From positions 518,930-582,929 of the forward strand of contig NW_014577066.1 of the NCBI RefSeq assembly GCF_000485595.1: 64,000 nt of DNA, given 5' to 3'. Source of the stretch: Priapulus caudatus (taxonomy: Eukaryota). A program made the position numbers and the translations under genes. Positions 26,601 through 39,953 of this stretch are shown here, one piece after another (positions within the stretch are counted from its first letter, which is position 1; the number at the start of each line of letters is the position of its first letter). The notes beneath the pieces are model-generated. The model had not been told where the DNA came from. It made no database searches and saw only the letters and a program-made list of their open reading frames with translations.

Positions 26601-29600
26601 GTATAATATAGACTGGTACCCGGTCGACAGTTCCACACGCTACATCAACGTCGTGTAGCGAACGGGTACCAGTCTAGGTAAGAGCACTACAGTAAGAGGT
26701 CTCGAATTTTGTTACATTCGAAACACGACAGACAATACGTGGCCAGCGTGGTGCCGAATGTGTCAGCGAGGAATCACTTTCCGCGCCGAGTAAGCCGTGT
26801 ATTTCAGTACGGTACGGAGTAAGCCGCGTACAAGTCTTGAATATTTTTAGCGTGTGAACGCTCAGTACGGAACTGAAATCCTCGTGTGAACGCAGCTAGT
26901 TACCCTGCTGCATATTTTATTTACATGCATAACGTTTGTACTGTACTAGTTGATAACCACGTAAATAAACAGATCTATAATCTACATATTACATGTAGAT
27001 TATAGATCTGTTTATCTGTTTACCGATGCTTTTAATTACCTGTCAGCTGGTTATTAAAGTTGATGATCATCGGCCGATTTTTCCAGTCGAACAGTGCGAG
27101 CAGGTTGAGCGTGCGTAGGAATCCCACAACAGGCGAGCTAAGGCAAAGCAATATATATATATACATATAAATAAATGTAAAAAATAGAATAAGGTGTTAA
27201 ATTTTAATCAGCAATCTTTCGAGAGTTATCTCTCTTTATCAGGCTATTAAATGGCCTTATATATATATGTGGCATTCTATAGCCATAAATTTTGTAATTT
27301 TTGGCAAAAAAAGAGAGCAAAATAAGAAGCGTGCCGGTGCAGGCATGCGGTGTACCTCGGTACGGTGTACGGAGCGGGGTGCAAATAGACGAACGCGGCA
27401 AGAAGATCGAGGGCCTCTTCGGTGACAGTGTCCGAAAGCAGCTGTGACGAAACCCATCGCTTGAAGAGACGACACGACGCCCCGTACGAGTTGTGCTGCT
27501 GCTGAACCCTGTCGGTAGTGTAACGAACATTGTATTTGTTTAGCGTGGCGAATACGAGTGAAAATGAAGCAAATGGATACCAACAAGATACTCGCAAAAA
27601 ATATAGCTCAAAGAATGTACAAAGGTGAATGATAAAAATGATACGTGTGACGTGTGTGTCAGACATCGCCAGCTCTAAAGCCTTATCGCCGTGCAAACAA
27701 ATGGTAAAAATAACATGAATTAACTAATGAATTAAGATTTAACGTACGGGTACATTGGAACCCCGATATAACGCGATGAGTCGTTGGACCCACTTTTTTG
27801 CTCTTATATAGCCACGTATATATCCAGAGAGACCGGGTACAAGATGGCGTTGCGCAAAAGATGCGTTGTTCCCCGACCGCCGAGAGCGGTTAAGCCGCGC
27901 ACTTCCGCGGGACTGGGCGCACGAGCGAGCGCGTCATCGCTGATTGACAGCATTTCTGGAATTTTCTTGTAGGAGCCACTACGTCTTAGCCATGAGGCGC
28001 GCCACTCCAAAAAAAGTTTAGGGACCGTTTGGAGATGGCCTCAAGCCGTCCATCCCGAAATGTCGGTTGGATTGCGCCCAGTTTTCGCGGAGTGCGTTTT
28101 CAGACCCCTGTCTCAGATATCTGTCTAAATGGACAAAAAGGGGGCGGCGTATTCGCTGTTGGGGCGCGGCTTTGCCGCGAGCTGTGCGCTGCGCGCAAAA
28201 ACCGGGGCCGCAAGTCCGTCAAGGAGCTAAATATAACAAGGAGAGGAAGCGGACTGGCTGTGTGCTTTTCGCCTCAAGGGCGCCATCTATGGACCATAAT
28301 CAGCTGAAACGGCTGTGCAGACCGATCCCAGAGACAATAGAACACTAATCTGTTCTAGGGTCTCTGCCAAACCAAAATTTGGGCCAGATATGGCGGCGCT
28401 TCCTCTCCTTGTTATATTTAGCTCCTTGGTATATATAACCCCGATTTAGTGCGACCCCGCCTTTTTTGCGATGATATTTTATGGACCCCAACCATCGCGT
28501 TATAACGGAGCTACACTGTACTAAAATTACATGCACATGCTAAAAATATGATGGGTCTATAGTGAGTATTACCCGTGGATGGCAGTTGTGAGTGTTGGCA
28601 GGTGTTGAATCTGCTTCTCCAAGGTGGCCGAAGCGTCATTCTCTTGTAATCGTAACGTACCATCAGGACTTCTGACCTGCTTTAACAAAACCACCTCTCG
28701 ATGGTACGCCACCTGTAGGCGGAATACATAACCATCCTGGAATGGCAGAATTAAACAGATTAAAAACTCAGCCATGAAATATCGTGTATAAATCAATGTA
28801 TTAAAATGAAAATTGACACAATAATGCGTCGTTTGTACCAATTTCTGGACATAGTTCCAGTCATCAATAATTCTGACAGCAGTCTTTATAATAAATGACC
28901 TTGCAGTGATTAAATCATAAATGCTCACAAGGTATAGCTCTTACAGGTACAGACATGGTCATTTCTCCTTTGAAACACAGAGCAAAATTAACAGGGTGCA
29001 ATGAACAAGTGCATTGAACATGTGCAATGAACATGCACAATGATGGTGCTGCAATGAACATGCACAATGAATGCACTGCAATGAACATGCACAATGAATG
29101 CGCTGCAATGAACATGCACAATGAATGCACTGCAATGAACATGCACAATGAATGCGCTGCAATGAACATGCACAATGAATGCACTGCAATGAACATGCAC
29201 AATGATGGCACTGCAATGAACATGCACAATGAATGCACTGCAATGAACATGCACAATGATGGCACTGCAATGAACATGCACAATGAATGCACTGCAATGA
29301 ACATGCACAATGATGGCACTGCAATGAACANNNNNNNNNNNNNNNNNNNNNNNNNNNNNNNNNNNNNNNNNNNNNNNNNNNNNNNNNNNNNNNNNNNNNN
29401 NNNNNNNNNNNNNNNNNNNNNNNNNNNNNNNNNNNNNNNNNNNNNNNNNNNNNNNNNNNNNNNNNNNNNNNNNNNNNNNNNNNNNNNNNNNNNNNNNNNN
29501 NNNNNNNNNNNNNNNNNNNNNNNNNNNNNNNNNNNNNNNNNNNNNNNNNNNNNNNNNNNNNNNNNNNNNNNNNNNNNNNNNNNNNNNNNNNNNNNNNNNN

Positions 29601-32600
29601 NNNNNNNNNNNNNNNNNNNNNNNNNNNNNNNNNNNNNNNNNNNNNNNNNNNNNNNNNNNNNNNNNNGCTTCGACATCCCAACTCGTTTTCGGATTACCCC
29701 CCCACGTCCCGAATATCGTGACCGTACGTCGAGCCGTTTAGATTTGTGCCCAACTGTTGACGGACGGACGCACGGACGGACGGACGGACGATCATGCGAT
29801 TCTACAAGCTGCATCTGACTATGTCAGATGAGCTAAAAACAATGCCTAGTAAAGCATTTTATGTTGACATTTTCGCTTGCATGCGTGTACAACCATGTAC
29901 GAACTGGCTGTCGTTGATTGAACTGCAACAATATCCATGGGAGCATGGTTATCACGCACGGACAGACAGGCCAATTAGGCTAGAAAGAGCTGCATATACT
30001 TATAAAGTAAGACAGATAGAGCATGATGCAATATATTTTTCCTAGTATAATTTCAATGTGGTCGAAAACATGAATATATATGTTGCACGAATGTTAAATA
30101 TTGTCGGAGATGACTGATTGGCCTTCAAACTTCACACGTCTAGTGTCTGTAAAACAACTGAATCAATCCATGCAGCATTAAAACCGTGCATAAAATATGC
30201 ATTACCACAGCCTTTCTTACATGGATGGTATATGTGTATTGCCTGTGTTGGTGGCACACCTTCTCTAAGCACTTACCCTTAAGTGTAGGAACCCATGGTG
30301 GTGCTGGTTTGTACGACTTTGGAACAAAGAAGTCATCTTTTACAACAGCATTTCCCTTTGTGCTACTCGGTATAGGTGGTAGCACCTGCAATATGTGATC
30401 CTATTAGAAATACCTAGTATGCAAGTGCATATGAATAAACACATTTCTGGCAAGTTATACACTTTATTCCACCCATCAACATTAACAAATCATTCAAAAC
30501 TTTAACGAAGCTGAACAATTTCAGCTACATCACAGACAGCACTTTTATGCTGGTCATACTCAGTTGCTATGTCTTTCACATGTCAAGTCGATTATAACAA
30601 TGTCGCAAAGATCTCAGCGCATCTGTAATTGCCTAATATTTCCAGCAGTAACTTTACCAAGACCGTGACACCAGAAATATTATGAAATTTCTCCTGCAAA
30701 GAACTGCTGTTACGAGCATTGGGCTTACGAAGATTTACCATGACCGCAACATAACAAAAACTCTGTGCGAAACCTCGTACGGTCAAGTTAAACGTGGGAT
30801 GCGTACCTTGGTGTCATAGTACACGGCCGCTACACGGCCACATTAAGCCAGGGTAATAAATGTAAATTAAATATTAATTAAATAAATTAATAAAGTAAGC
30901 AGGGGTGGGGGTAGTGGAAACGCGTACCTCCGTATAACGGAAAACGGCGGCGGTTCCCTGCACGGCCTTGATCGCGAGCGGAAGGTCGGTGAGCGAGCGC
31001 AGGGTCTTGGTGAGCGCGTCTAGGCTGCGCACAATGGCGACGTTCGCCTCCTCGCCCGCGCCGTAGACGGGCGCCGCGACTGCGCGACCGCGGCACGGCA
31101 CCGCCAGCAGCGCGTCCAGACAGTCAGGCCGGTAGACGACGAAGGACGCATCGACGCCAAAGTGCCTTCGGGGGAAGGAGATGTAGGAGATTTATTAATA
31201 CCAATCCTAGCCATGCTCGCACATAAAGTGATTATATCTGGTGTATTTCTAGCTTAGACCATAGAAAGCTTTGAGCAAAACTCATTTCCAAGTTAAGGTA
31301 CATGTATGAATAGAGAACACCTTCATTATTTAATTATCTACCACCTTATCGAACATGTCTGAGAGACGGAGGGTGACCACCGTGCACTCACAATTATGTT
31401 AATGTTATGCACAGATAATATAACATTAGGAATGACGGTGAAAGGCAACAACCATTCACTTCGAAAAACTCATTAATTCGCGACACTCTTCTCTGAATTG
31501 CCTCTCAACAAACCTCTGCAGGAGATGTGTTACGATGCACCGGCATACAACGCGCTTCTCTGCGATGGTGCTGCCGGGCCAGACCACAGCCTCGCAGATT
31601 CTGCCGTCTTGGAAACGTCGCAGCTCCGACTTGTCTCCCCAAAACTGGCGGAACTCCTCTGCCTGCGAAAAAATGACGAATGAAATTTCCATGCGTATAA
31701 GTGGGAGTTTTTTCCCCCCAACTTAAACGGGTTCCGATTTACTGCAGAATTTTTCCACTGCTATTATATCAAATATTATAATAAAATATAATATAATATT
31801 ATTCATTATAATATATACTATTTATTTACATGATCAATGTATATTACACAGATACTATTTATTAATTGCTTATTAGTACTGTAGAGACATCAATGGGAAC
31901 TAAACATGGATAGCGCTTGCGGGCCAGTGGTGGTTGGATCACGTCTATTGAGCTACGATTAATCTTGTGTAAAATAAATACCTGGACCAGCTCAATGTCG
32001 CGGAAATTCACTGCACCACCTACCTATAGATTTGACTAGCTTATTGTTTGTTAACGGAATGAAACTGTAAAACTGCCCCGGCCAACCGTACGAACGTTTA
32101 GAGCAGTGGTTCTCAACCTTTTTTGAGTCATGGACCCTTTTGAGAATCTGGTGAAAGCTACGGACCCCTCTCCAGAAAAAATGCACATAAGCACATAAAC
32201 ACGAAATTTGTATGTGCCTGCTTCACGGTCCCCCTGAAGCCCATCCACGGACCCCTCTCCACAGACCATAGGTTAAGAACCCCTGGTTTAGAGTAACGCG
32301 CAACTACTTCAACGACGACGGTGTCACTCACCTCTGCAGTGTTGGCGTCGGGACCACGCAGCACCTGACTAGAGGACGACTCCTGGTTCAACAGCAGTCC
32401 AAACACGAGTGGCGTGCGAATGTGCGCTGGTGATGGGGGCTCCTCATCCACTCCCCACTACAGCACAGTTATAATGTCTTATCTATAATAACTATATATA
32501 TTACATCAGAAGTACATAATTAACTGCTACTGTGGATTACGTGTAATTAACCGTGCAATTACTGCACGTTAATAATTTTCATTCACTATTACATTAATTT

Positions 32601-34945
32601 ATTGTACATAAACCAATCTATTTTGTGTGTATCGTTAATTATACATTGTAACAGCTATAACGTACGACGATTAGCGAAGCAAATATTCCAACAAAAGAAC
32701 ACATAACAATGACAAACTCACGAGCATACTATGCATGACTAGATGGTAAGTATCTCGCTAAGTTTGATGTAACTTGCTTGCTGACCGATGGCTTCTTGCA
32801 TATCTTGCCAAATATTTGAGTTCACTACAATTTCTAAACATTCACCTGCTCCGGCTGCCTTCGTTCCACATCCAGCAAGTTCACACGTTTGCCAAGACCT
32901 TGTTTCAAAATGTTGCAAACAGATGGCAGCACGGTCGATACCTGATCACCACAATGGTCCACCAACTTGCCTATGGGCCCGTCTGCTTTAACGACCAGGC
33001 GAGAGACATCCGTCAACCTGTTAAATTTTGAAGTAAAATTTGTCTATTTTTAGCCCAAAACACGCACTCATACACAAAGATATGCACGCACGCATGCACA
33101 CACAACTGCAGAATGCTTTAGATGAAAGTGAATAACATGAATGATATAAATATTCGCATCATGAACACTTACATGAAAATATGGTCAAATTTCTGGGTGA
33201 AGGCCATTTTTCGCATGAACAGGGCTTCGAACCCATCGACAGAGCAGTCGTTGAGATGGTCTATGGAGAGTCTTGCCTCATGCTTTACCTATGGCAACAA
33301 GATCAGAAGAGTCGTAAATTTAAACGTAAGAAATTCAAAGAATTCGTTTGAACTTTATAGCAAAAATCTCGAGACATGGGAAGCAAAAATTGTGGGGACC
33401 AAAAGCAGCAACCATGCCAACACTGGTGAAACGCAAAACGCATGTATCGCTTCTCGCAACTACAATTTATTATAACCTCGTTACAACATGTTAGCAGCTC
33501 ACCCTGTCGTACGTGACCACATCTACGTTTGCACAGAGATTTATGCATCCCGATGTGTCCAAAAACACAACGTCATACGCATCATGGAACTCGCATAGAT
33601 TTGCTGTTGGGCATAGACTAGCACCATCTTTTGTCCAGTTAGAATCCACTGCGGATACACAGAAACAGCACAGTGACGTAAGGCGCAACATTTTAACGAG
33701 TAGTGCCGCGTATTGACGAAACCCTTCGAAATAATGTAGCATTAGCACTTTCCATTTAAGTATTACAATACATTATTAAATTAATTAAAGCACTGCACAA
33801 ACCAATTGTAACACTAGTCTTAACAGTCCACACTGACAGTGAGAGGTGGAGCGAAGAGAAGGTGAACAGACAAATATAGCAAGTAAATCAGAAGGGGTGA
33901 ACAGACAAGTAGAGCAAGTAGAGAAGAGGAGGTGAACAGACAAATAGAGCAAGTAAAGCTGGGTTTACAATACCGACTTTATGTTGGCGAATTGGCGAGT
34001 TGGACCAATTTCACAATTCGGCAACTCCGAGTTGGCGAAAATACAACATGTTCTAACTCCCAACTAGTTGCTATCAATCGGTTGGTCGCGCAACTTTTGC
34101 GTTTACACTGCCGATTGTCGGTTGTGTAGTTGGGAAGTTGGTCCAATTCGCCAATTCGCCAACATAGTCGGTAGTGTAAACTCAGCTTAAAGCAAGGAGT
34201 TGACAGACAAGTAAAGCAACAACAGCGGAGGAGGAGGAGGAGGAAGACGAGGAGGAGGAGGAGGAGGAGGAAGAGGAGAAAGAGGAGGAAGAGGAGGAGG
34301 CGGATGAAGAGGAGGAAGAGGAGGAGGACGAGGAGGAGGAGGAAGAGGAGTAGAAGGAGGAGAAGGAGGACGAGGAGGACGAGGACGAGGACGAGGAGGA
34401 GGAGGAGAAGGAGGAGGACGAGGAGGACGAGGACGAGGACGAGGAGGAGGAGGAGGAGGAGGAGGAGAAAGAGGAGGACGAGGAGGAGGACAAGGAGGAG
34501 AAGGAGGAGGAGGAGGAGGAGAACGAGGAGGAGAAGGAGGAAGAGGAGGAAGAGGAGGAAGAGGAGGAGAAACTCACCGAGAGCTGTGAGCAGCACACGC
34601 AGCACCTGGTAGCTGTTCATCGAGCGGTTGATCTTACGCTGCGCGAGCAGATGCACGCCGAACATCGACATGATGAAGCCAGTGAAGCCAGCACGAGCCT
34701 GAAGCACAGCCGCCACAACCGCGCGCACACATGAACTCACAACCAACACACATCCAAACCACCTCTGCACCACGCAGTCACATCATACAGACATGGATCG
34801 GGACACATCCGAACCACTTTAAAGCGATCCCACCAATCCATAGTTCTAGCTCTTATGTAGCTTCTAGCATAGTTTGTCAGCTTCTATGGCTTGGAATGGC
34901 GACTATAACTTTAACTACTAATCTATTAATTGATATGCCATATAC

Positions 34946-34988
<43 letters not shown>

Positions 34989-37900
34989 GTACATTGAACT
35001 TGTGCCATAATACAATAAACTTGTACAATAGCCTAATCACTTTATCACGAATAGGACCAGTAAGCTTGGACTCGATTTATGCTTAAGTAAGTAGTTCAGG
35101 TATCATTAATATTGCAGTATAATAATTTTTCCCCATTTCTTCACAACCTCAGCTTGGGTTGTTCAGAATTTTCACTAATCAGGAACTGGCCTGGTCCCAA
35201 TCTTTATGGATTAGTGAGATCCAACTTGTATATATCACACACTAACGAGACACGCAAACAATTCTAACTGCCTCTATACCAGAGTCATAACACTTCACAT
35301 CATCCATAACCACTGTGATGTGCTAAGCTCGTTGATTGCACGAGGGGGAATATAGGTCTAACTAAGTCTGAACAATTGCGATAGCAACTCAATACCATTG
35401 CCATAGACAACTATCGTGAACAATGACACAAATTTGTTCTGCAAATAGAATATCTAAAGAAATCAGACTGGCTGCCGTAGCAGTGTTAGCAACCCCACAT
35501 TGCCACATCACTGCAAAGAGTGGAGCGGCTCTTTTCGACGAATAGACTGCGCCCGACCTTACGAGCAATGTCACGGCGGCGCATCGACGCACGTGACCAG
35601 CGAGGAGGGGCTTACCTGGTCAAGGTCACGCTGTCGCAGCCACACCTTCAGCAGCAGTATGGCGTCGCGGAGACCGGGGAACGTCGCGACGGCATCGCGC
35701 AGACGCTCGCTGTTCGCGCGTGCCGTTGCGTCTGCCAGCACGAGGTTGTTATAGCGCGGCGTCGCCTCGTCGTCCCAGCTCCCGACCGCCGACACTGTGC
35801 ATTCACAACACCACGTCGCTTTAACAACGCTCACCTAACTCTGTGAATGACCAACTACAGACACCCGAGCCAACCCTTCACACCACCAGCAACAATGATG
35901 GCGAAACGTGGACACAATATAATGCATAATGCACCGTGGGAAAAAATGGTACAAATGCCGCCTTTTTTACATTAAAGGAATACTTTACTCTAGAATTTGA
36001 GAGTATATTATGATAGTAGATTTATAAATAATAGCACATACCTATAAATATCTACAATTACGCATTCACGTTTGTCATAAAACAACATTAAATTTCGAAA
36101 TCTTCATTTTTGGGCGCTGACATGACACCCGCGATCGTGCTGCCACCCTAAAAAAGTTGCGCATTTGCCAATATATTGTGCACGTTACAGACCGAGGGCT
36201 AATCACAAAAGTGCAATTATATTTATACCTAAATGCTATTTAACCGAACGATATTCATTTTAAGAGAAATTTATCCATATTATAACTGAAACTATATATC
36301 GTTTATAAGATATTGCAATCCTTCTGCTTCGAAATTAATAAATAAGAAACACCCTCGTTCTGTAGTCCTTGGCTTAAAAGTTAATTTGCACAACTTTTCA
36401 GATCGTGCGCTTTGAGTGGAGCCACCATCGTTGTAATCAAACTGTAGATGTTAGTTTTAAAACATTAAAAAAAATATATTTCTAATGGTGATTGAACCAT
36501 GAAATTTTTAATGTAGCGTAATTTTAACCGAAATCAACTGAAAATAACCCTAGAACCTAGAGTCAAGTATTCCTTTAATAAGTGCAGCTTCGTTATGGGA
36601 TAAACGAATGTGTATTTCAGGAAGGTCATTATACAAGAGAAATTATCAACTGGATTTCGTGGATGCTCCAAAGAAAGCCAAAATGGTTTACCTTCTTCCT
36701 CATTAGATGGTTTGTACCAGCTGCTCCTGATGTTATTCTTAGATGGCATGAATCGTGACATTTTGTAGTAGCCATCGGGGATGGTTGTGTGAAGTCGCAC
36801 TGTGCAGTGATGACCAACCTTTCCTAATGTCAGGGGAAAAATCTGCTTCTGTTAAATGTTCAAGGTATTTAGACATTGAATACAGAAATGCAGCAGAATA
36901 AAATTAACCTTTTAATACAGGCTACCATAACTGATTGTATTTGGAAAATATTGAAGACAACATGACATTGTTTTTTTAAGACATTCGCATCGAGCATCTT
37001 GTTCATAGATTTAATAAATTTTTCATAACAATGACTCTCGCCAAACTATATAATCTAAATTATGTAAGAACCTTCTGGTGTTATTATCAGAACAGGCTTC
37101 ATGTGGTTGCCATGGTGATAGGTAAACATCAACTTCTTCACCAGCGACCTCTTTTCTAATAGCTTCGAAGCAATAAATGCCAAGTAAAGCGCCCTCTTGC
37201 GAAGGTAACGGTGATTCAGAAAGTCCTTTTCTTGTAAACACTCCTAAAAACAGCCATAAAAATGAGATTTTTTTTCAAACATTGGTCCAGGCATATATTG
37301 TAATATTTTAAAACCTAGCAAACTTTTGAATCATTTCCAATCTTTAGAAAAATTGTCGTGGGCATTGAAGGAGTTACCAGTTTGTCAAATCTTTACGTAG
37401 GTTAACATTATGTTCTATAAAAAGTAGTTTAGTGGGAATTTGGCTTAAAAGGGTAGGCAGCCAGAGCAGGCTATGGAGGTACAGAACTTGTATCTTGTAT
37501 GGAGGTTGCTACAAGAGAGCCTGTAGATGGCTGAATAAAAAAGTGACAGGACTAGTTTTAGGTGTACAGGTTAATTTATTGATTAGTACGATTGTACATT
37601 ACATGATGTAGAGTAGCAGAATGTATTAAACGTCATGCACTCACTTTTGGTATCTCCACAGCCAAGTCCACATGTATGTCAGGCATGCAGCAGAGATCCA
37701 TAGGGAAGCCACCAACCACATCAATATTCTCCGGTTTTACAAATTGAAATTTTCCTTTTACGTTGTAAGGTTTCTGGATGATTGGTATGTGGATGCCTTG
37801 TTTTGTTAGCCATGCTTGATCTGTAATCTGAATGTACATTACACCACAGCTGAACATGATGAGGTTTTATAACTACTTAGACCAGGGTATCAGCATGCAT

Positions 37901-38872
37901 TCTGCAGACTATGGCAGAAATTTCATTCTCACATGATTGGATAAAGTGGGAGATGTAACTTCTATCACGACTGTGATACACATTGATTTCATAACAAACA
38001 GTGATAAAATGATTTTCTTACACTCCCTTCTCAACATGACCTGGTGACATATATGATGATTTTTAATGTATAAATACCTCATGTGATTTACTATTGGGCA
38101 GTTTCGTCAGAGCATCCTTTAACTGCACCAAGTATTCTTCAGTCGCCTTTTTCCATTTGCTCTTCAGACAAACCTCTGAAATGAGCTCAGTTATCTGCAG
38201 ATAAAAAAGACAGGATAATAAACTGATCCATATTACATAATTGATAAGCAAAAAAATAATTACAAGCTAGTATTACATATTTTCAATGGCAGTTAATATG
38301 TACCATGAATGAACTGCTCAGAGTTATAAACAAGGTAGAATAGTTATTGCCAGCAAAAAGTTATTGGATGCATGGTGACTATAGATTTTTATATTAAGTA
38401 TTAAGTCCTACTTTATAAAAACCATAAAAAGACAAGACTAGTACTGCTTTTATATTTACAATGACATATAGTATTAGGGGGTTATAATTGGCATAATCTA
38501 CAGGAATAGGTACTAACTATTCCAAACATGAACATAAAACTATAATATTTGTCTATCCTTACACTGTTTAGTAAAATCTTTTTAAATTTAAATGCTCTAT
38601 ACTATTACCTGTAGCTTAAACAAATTTGAATGAAAATGATTTTCTGTTTCTTTGAGTTGATTCAACTCATTACCGCTTGGCGGTTTGTATAGCTTTGGAT
38701 TAGACTTGGAGATGCGAGCTTTTTTCTTAGACTGTAGTTCTGATGAGTCATTCTTCCGTTTCATCACTTGGTGGATCGCGCTTTCAGCCTGTAGTTGAGT
38801 TTCATCTTCACTCTCCTCAGAAAAACTGGTGCCAACACCTGCTCCGTCATCCATTTCACCTAGCATGTCAAC
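23628..38872 (-). CDS. NOL6: Nucleolar protein 6 (Nrap/Utp22, SSU processome UTP-C subunit)
   Basis: 21 GT-AG exons: 38609-38872 (in-frame ATG at 38866), 38078-38194, 37645-37827, 37072-37243, 36692-36823, 35616-35794, 34578-34698, 33503-33648, 33173-33288, 32846-33017, 32332-32457, 31514-31662, 30928-31165, 30277-30385, [one exon missing], 28573-28736, 27356-27508, 27040-27137, 25671-25885, 24870-25067, 24351-24452, 23628-23771 (TAG). Diagnostic peptides include LYKPP..ELNQLKETENHFHSNLFKLQI, KDFLNHRYLRKRALYL, TPRYNNLVL, LLKVWLRQR, FRQFWGDKSELRRFQDGRICEAVVW and the C-terminal PNVEAIIEDFATIGKGLV..TEQWV*. An acceptor precedes 38872, so an upstream exon exists but was not identified. Confidence 0.95.
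26477..26897. mobile_element. PIF/Harbinger-like MITE with an internal hairpin
   Basis: TIRs agctgtgttcacacgag / ctcgtgtgaacgcagct; internal IR tagactggtacccg..cgggtaccagtcta; TSD not clean. Confidence 0.55.
27753..28518. mobile_element. Tc1/mariner (pogo/Tigger-like) non-autonomous element
   Basis: TA|cattggaaccccgatataacgcgatg ... catcgcgttataacggagctacactg|TA; internal IR aaggagctaaatataacaaggagaggaagcg / cgcttcctctccttgttatatttagctcctt. Confidence 0.7.
29020..29330. repeat. 27-bp minisatellite (gcaatgaacatgcacaatgaatgcact)n running into the N-gap
   Basis: More than 11 tandem units. Confidence 0.95.
29667..29839 (-). mobile_element. End of a Helentron-associated (HINE/DINE-1-like) element
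   Basis: The - strand begins ttttagctcatctgac-ata-gtcagatg (terminal hairpin), followed by a (GTCC)n microsatellite; second copy at 41206-41420. Confidence 0.65.
32104..32285. mobile_element. hAT (Buster/Charlie-like) MITE, 182 bp
   Basis: TIRs cagtggttctcaacc / ggttaagaacccctg; perfect 8-bp TSD gtttagag (NNNTANNN). Confidence 0.9.
33957..34187. mobile_element. PIF/Harbinger MITE
   Basis: ~55-bp TIRs agctgggtttacaataccgac..ttggcgaattggcga.ttggaccaa, mirrored at the right end; TAA TSD on both sides. Confidence 0.8.
34228..34569. repeat. (GAG/GAC/AAG)n triplet tract in a NOL6 intron
   Basis: ~340-bp purine-rich tract directly after the donor at 34577. Confidence 0.9.
35976..36574. mobile_element. 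Kolobok-type non-autonomous DNA transposon
   Basis: TTAA|aggaatactttactctag ... ctagagtcaagtattcct|TTAA (17/18 TIR match, AG termini, TTAA TSD). Confidence 0.75.
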
Positions 38873-39360
38873 CTATTAAAAGTAAACAAAACAACAAAAA
38901 ACTACTAGACCATGCACACTCAAGAATATCATTACATCAGGAGTAGATAATAGAAGATCTTCTATTATCTACTCCTGATTACATGGATAAGATGATTTTC
39001 AGCTAACGCAGAGAGGGTCTATGTCCCCCAGGGTACTGCCGGAACGTACCCTGGTAGGCTGGTACTATCTAATATGCCGGACCGTACCTCGCCTACTCCA
39101 CTAACGAGTCTAGGGAGTCGCCTACGCCTACCTCCTTAACCCTAACCATATCAGATAGTTACCAGGGTACGTTCCGGTATATCGGACGGGTCGTAGGATG
39201 GGTTGCGTCAGCAGGTGAAACGATTGCACCAGCGAACGAAATCTGCGGAGGGTTTTGACAACGCATGCAAAACAACGGCACGTAGGGGGGCGGGGCCAGC
39301 TAGGTATATAAAGCGCGCCGAATCGCAGAGCAAGAGCGTTATTTTTCAGGTCTAGGTAGG

Positions 39361-39432
39361 AAGAAGAAGAAGAAGAAGAAGAAGAAGAAGAAGAAGAAGA
39401 AGAAGAAGAAGAAGAAGAAGAAGAGGAAGAAA
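39361..39432. repeat. (AAG)n microsatellite
   Basis: About 21 perfect units. Confidence 0.95.
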
Positions 39433-39953
39433 AGAAAGCCTTTTAGGTCTCGAGGAGAGAGATAACAGAGGGAATAGCAAGCCGGGTTTTCAGGTAGGTG
39501 AAAACCTAGGGAACAACGGCAAGAGAGCGGCGAATAAAACGGCAGTCGAGAAGAACGGGATTTCAGCTAGGTAAGCCATGGGACGAACTACCGAGGGAGA
39601 GACCCGTCGGAGGCTGCCTAGGTCTACGCGAACGAGGAGCGACCGTGAGAGGGGCACGAGACCGGCGACTGGCGTTAATTCTTCAGTATTACTATTATCT
39701 AGTGTGGTTATAGGTCGCGACTGCATATACGAATTGCAGCAGGCGGAATTATGAAAACTAGTAGGAAGCAATAACAATATAACGCGTACAGTTAACCCGA
39801 ATCTAACTGTGTTATGTTCCCTTGACAAATCATGTTCGTACTACCTGTTATTGCTACGGTGGCATCACCGTCCTGCCTATATAACGGCAAGCCAGCGAAC
39901 ACCTGAATCCAAACAACTAGGAACACGCGTTAACTAGCCGTATAGGGCCTTAA

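Noticed and set aside
28915..29818. Cys/His-rich metallothionein-like ORFs
   Set aside because: A 27-bp intronic minisatellite read through an N-gap.
33979..34773. Poly-Leu, poly-Ser and poly-Arg ORFs
   Set aside because: Intronic (GAG)n tract; only 34578-34698 is a real NOL6 exon.
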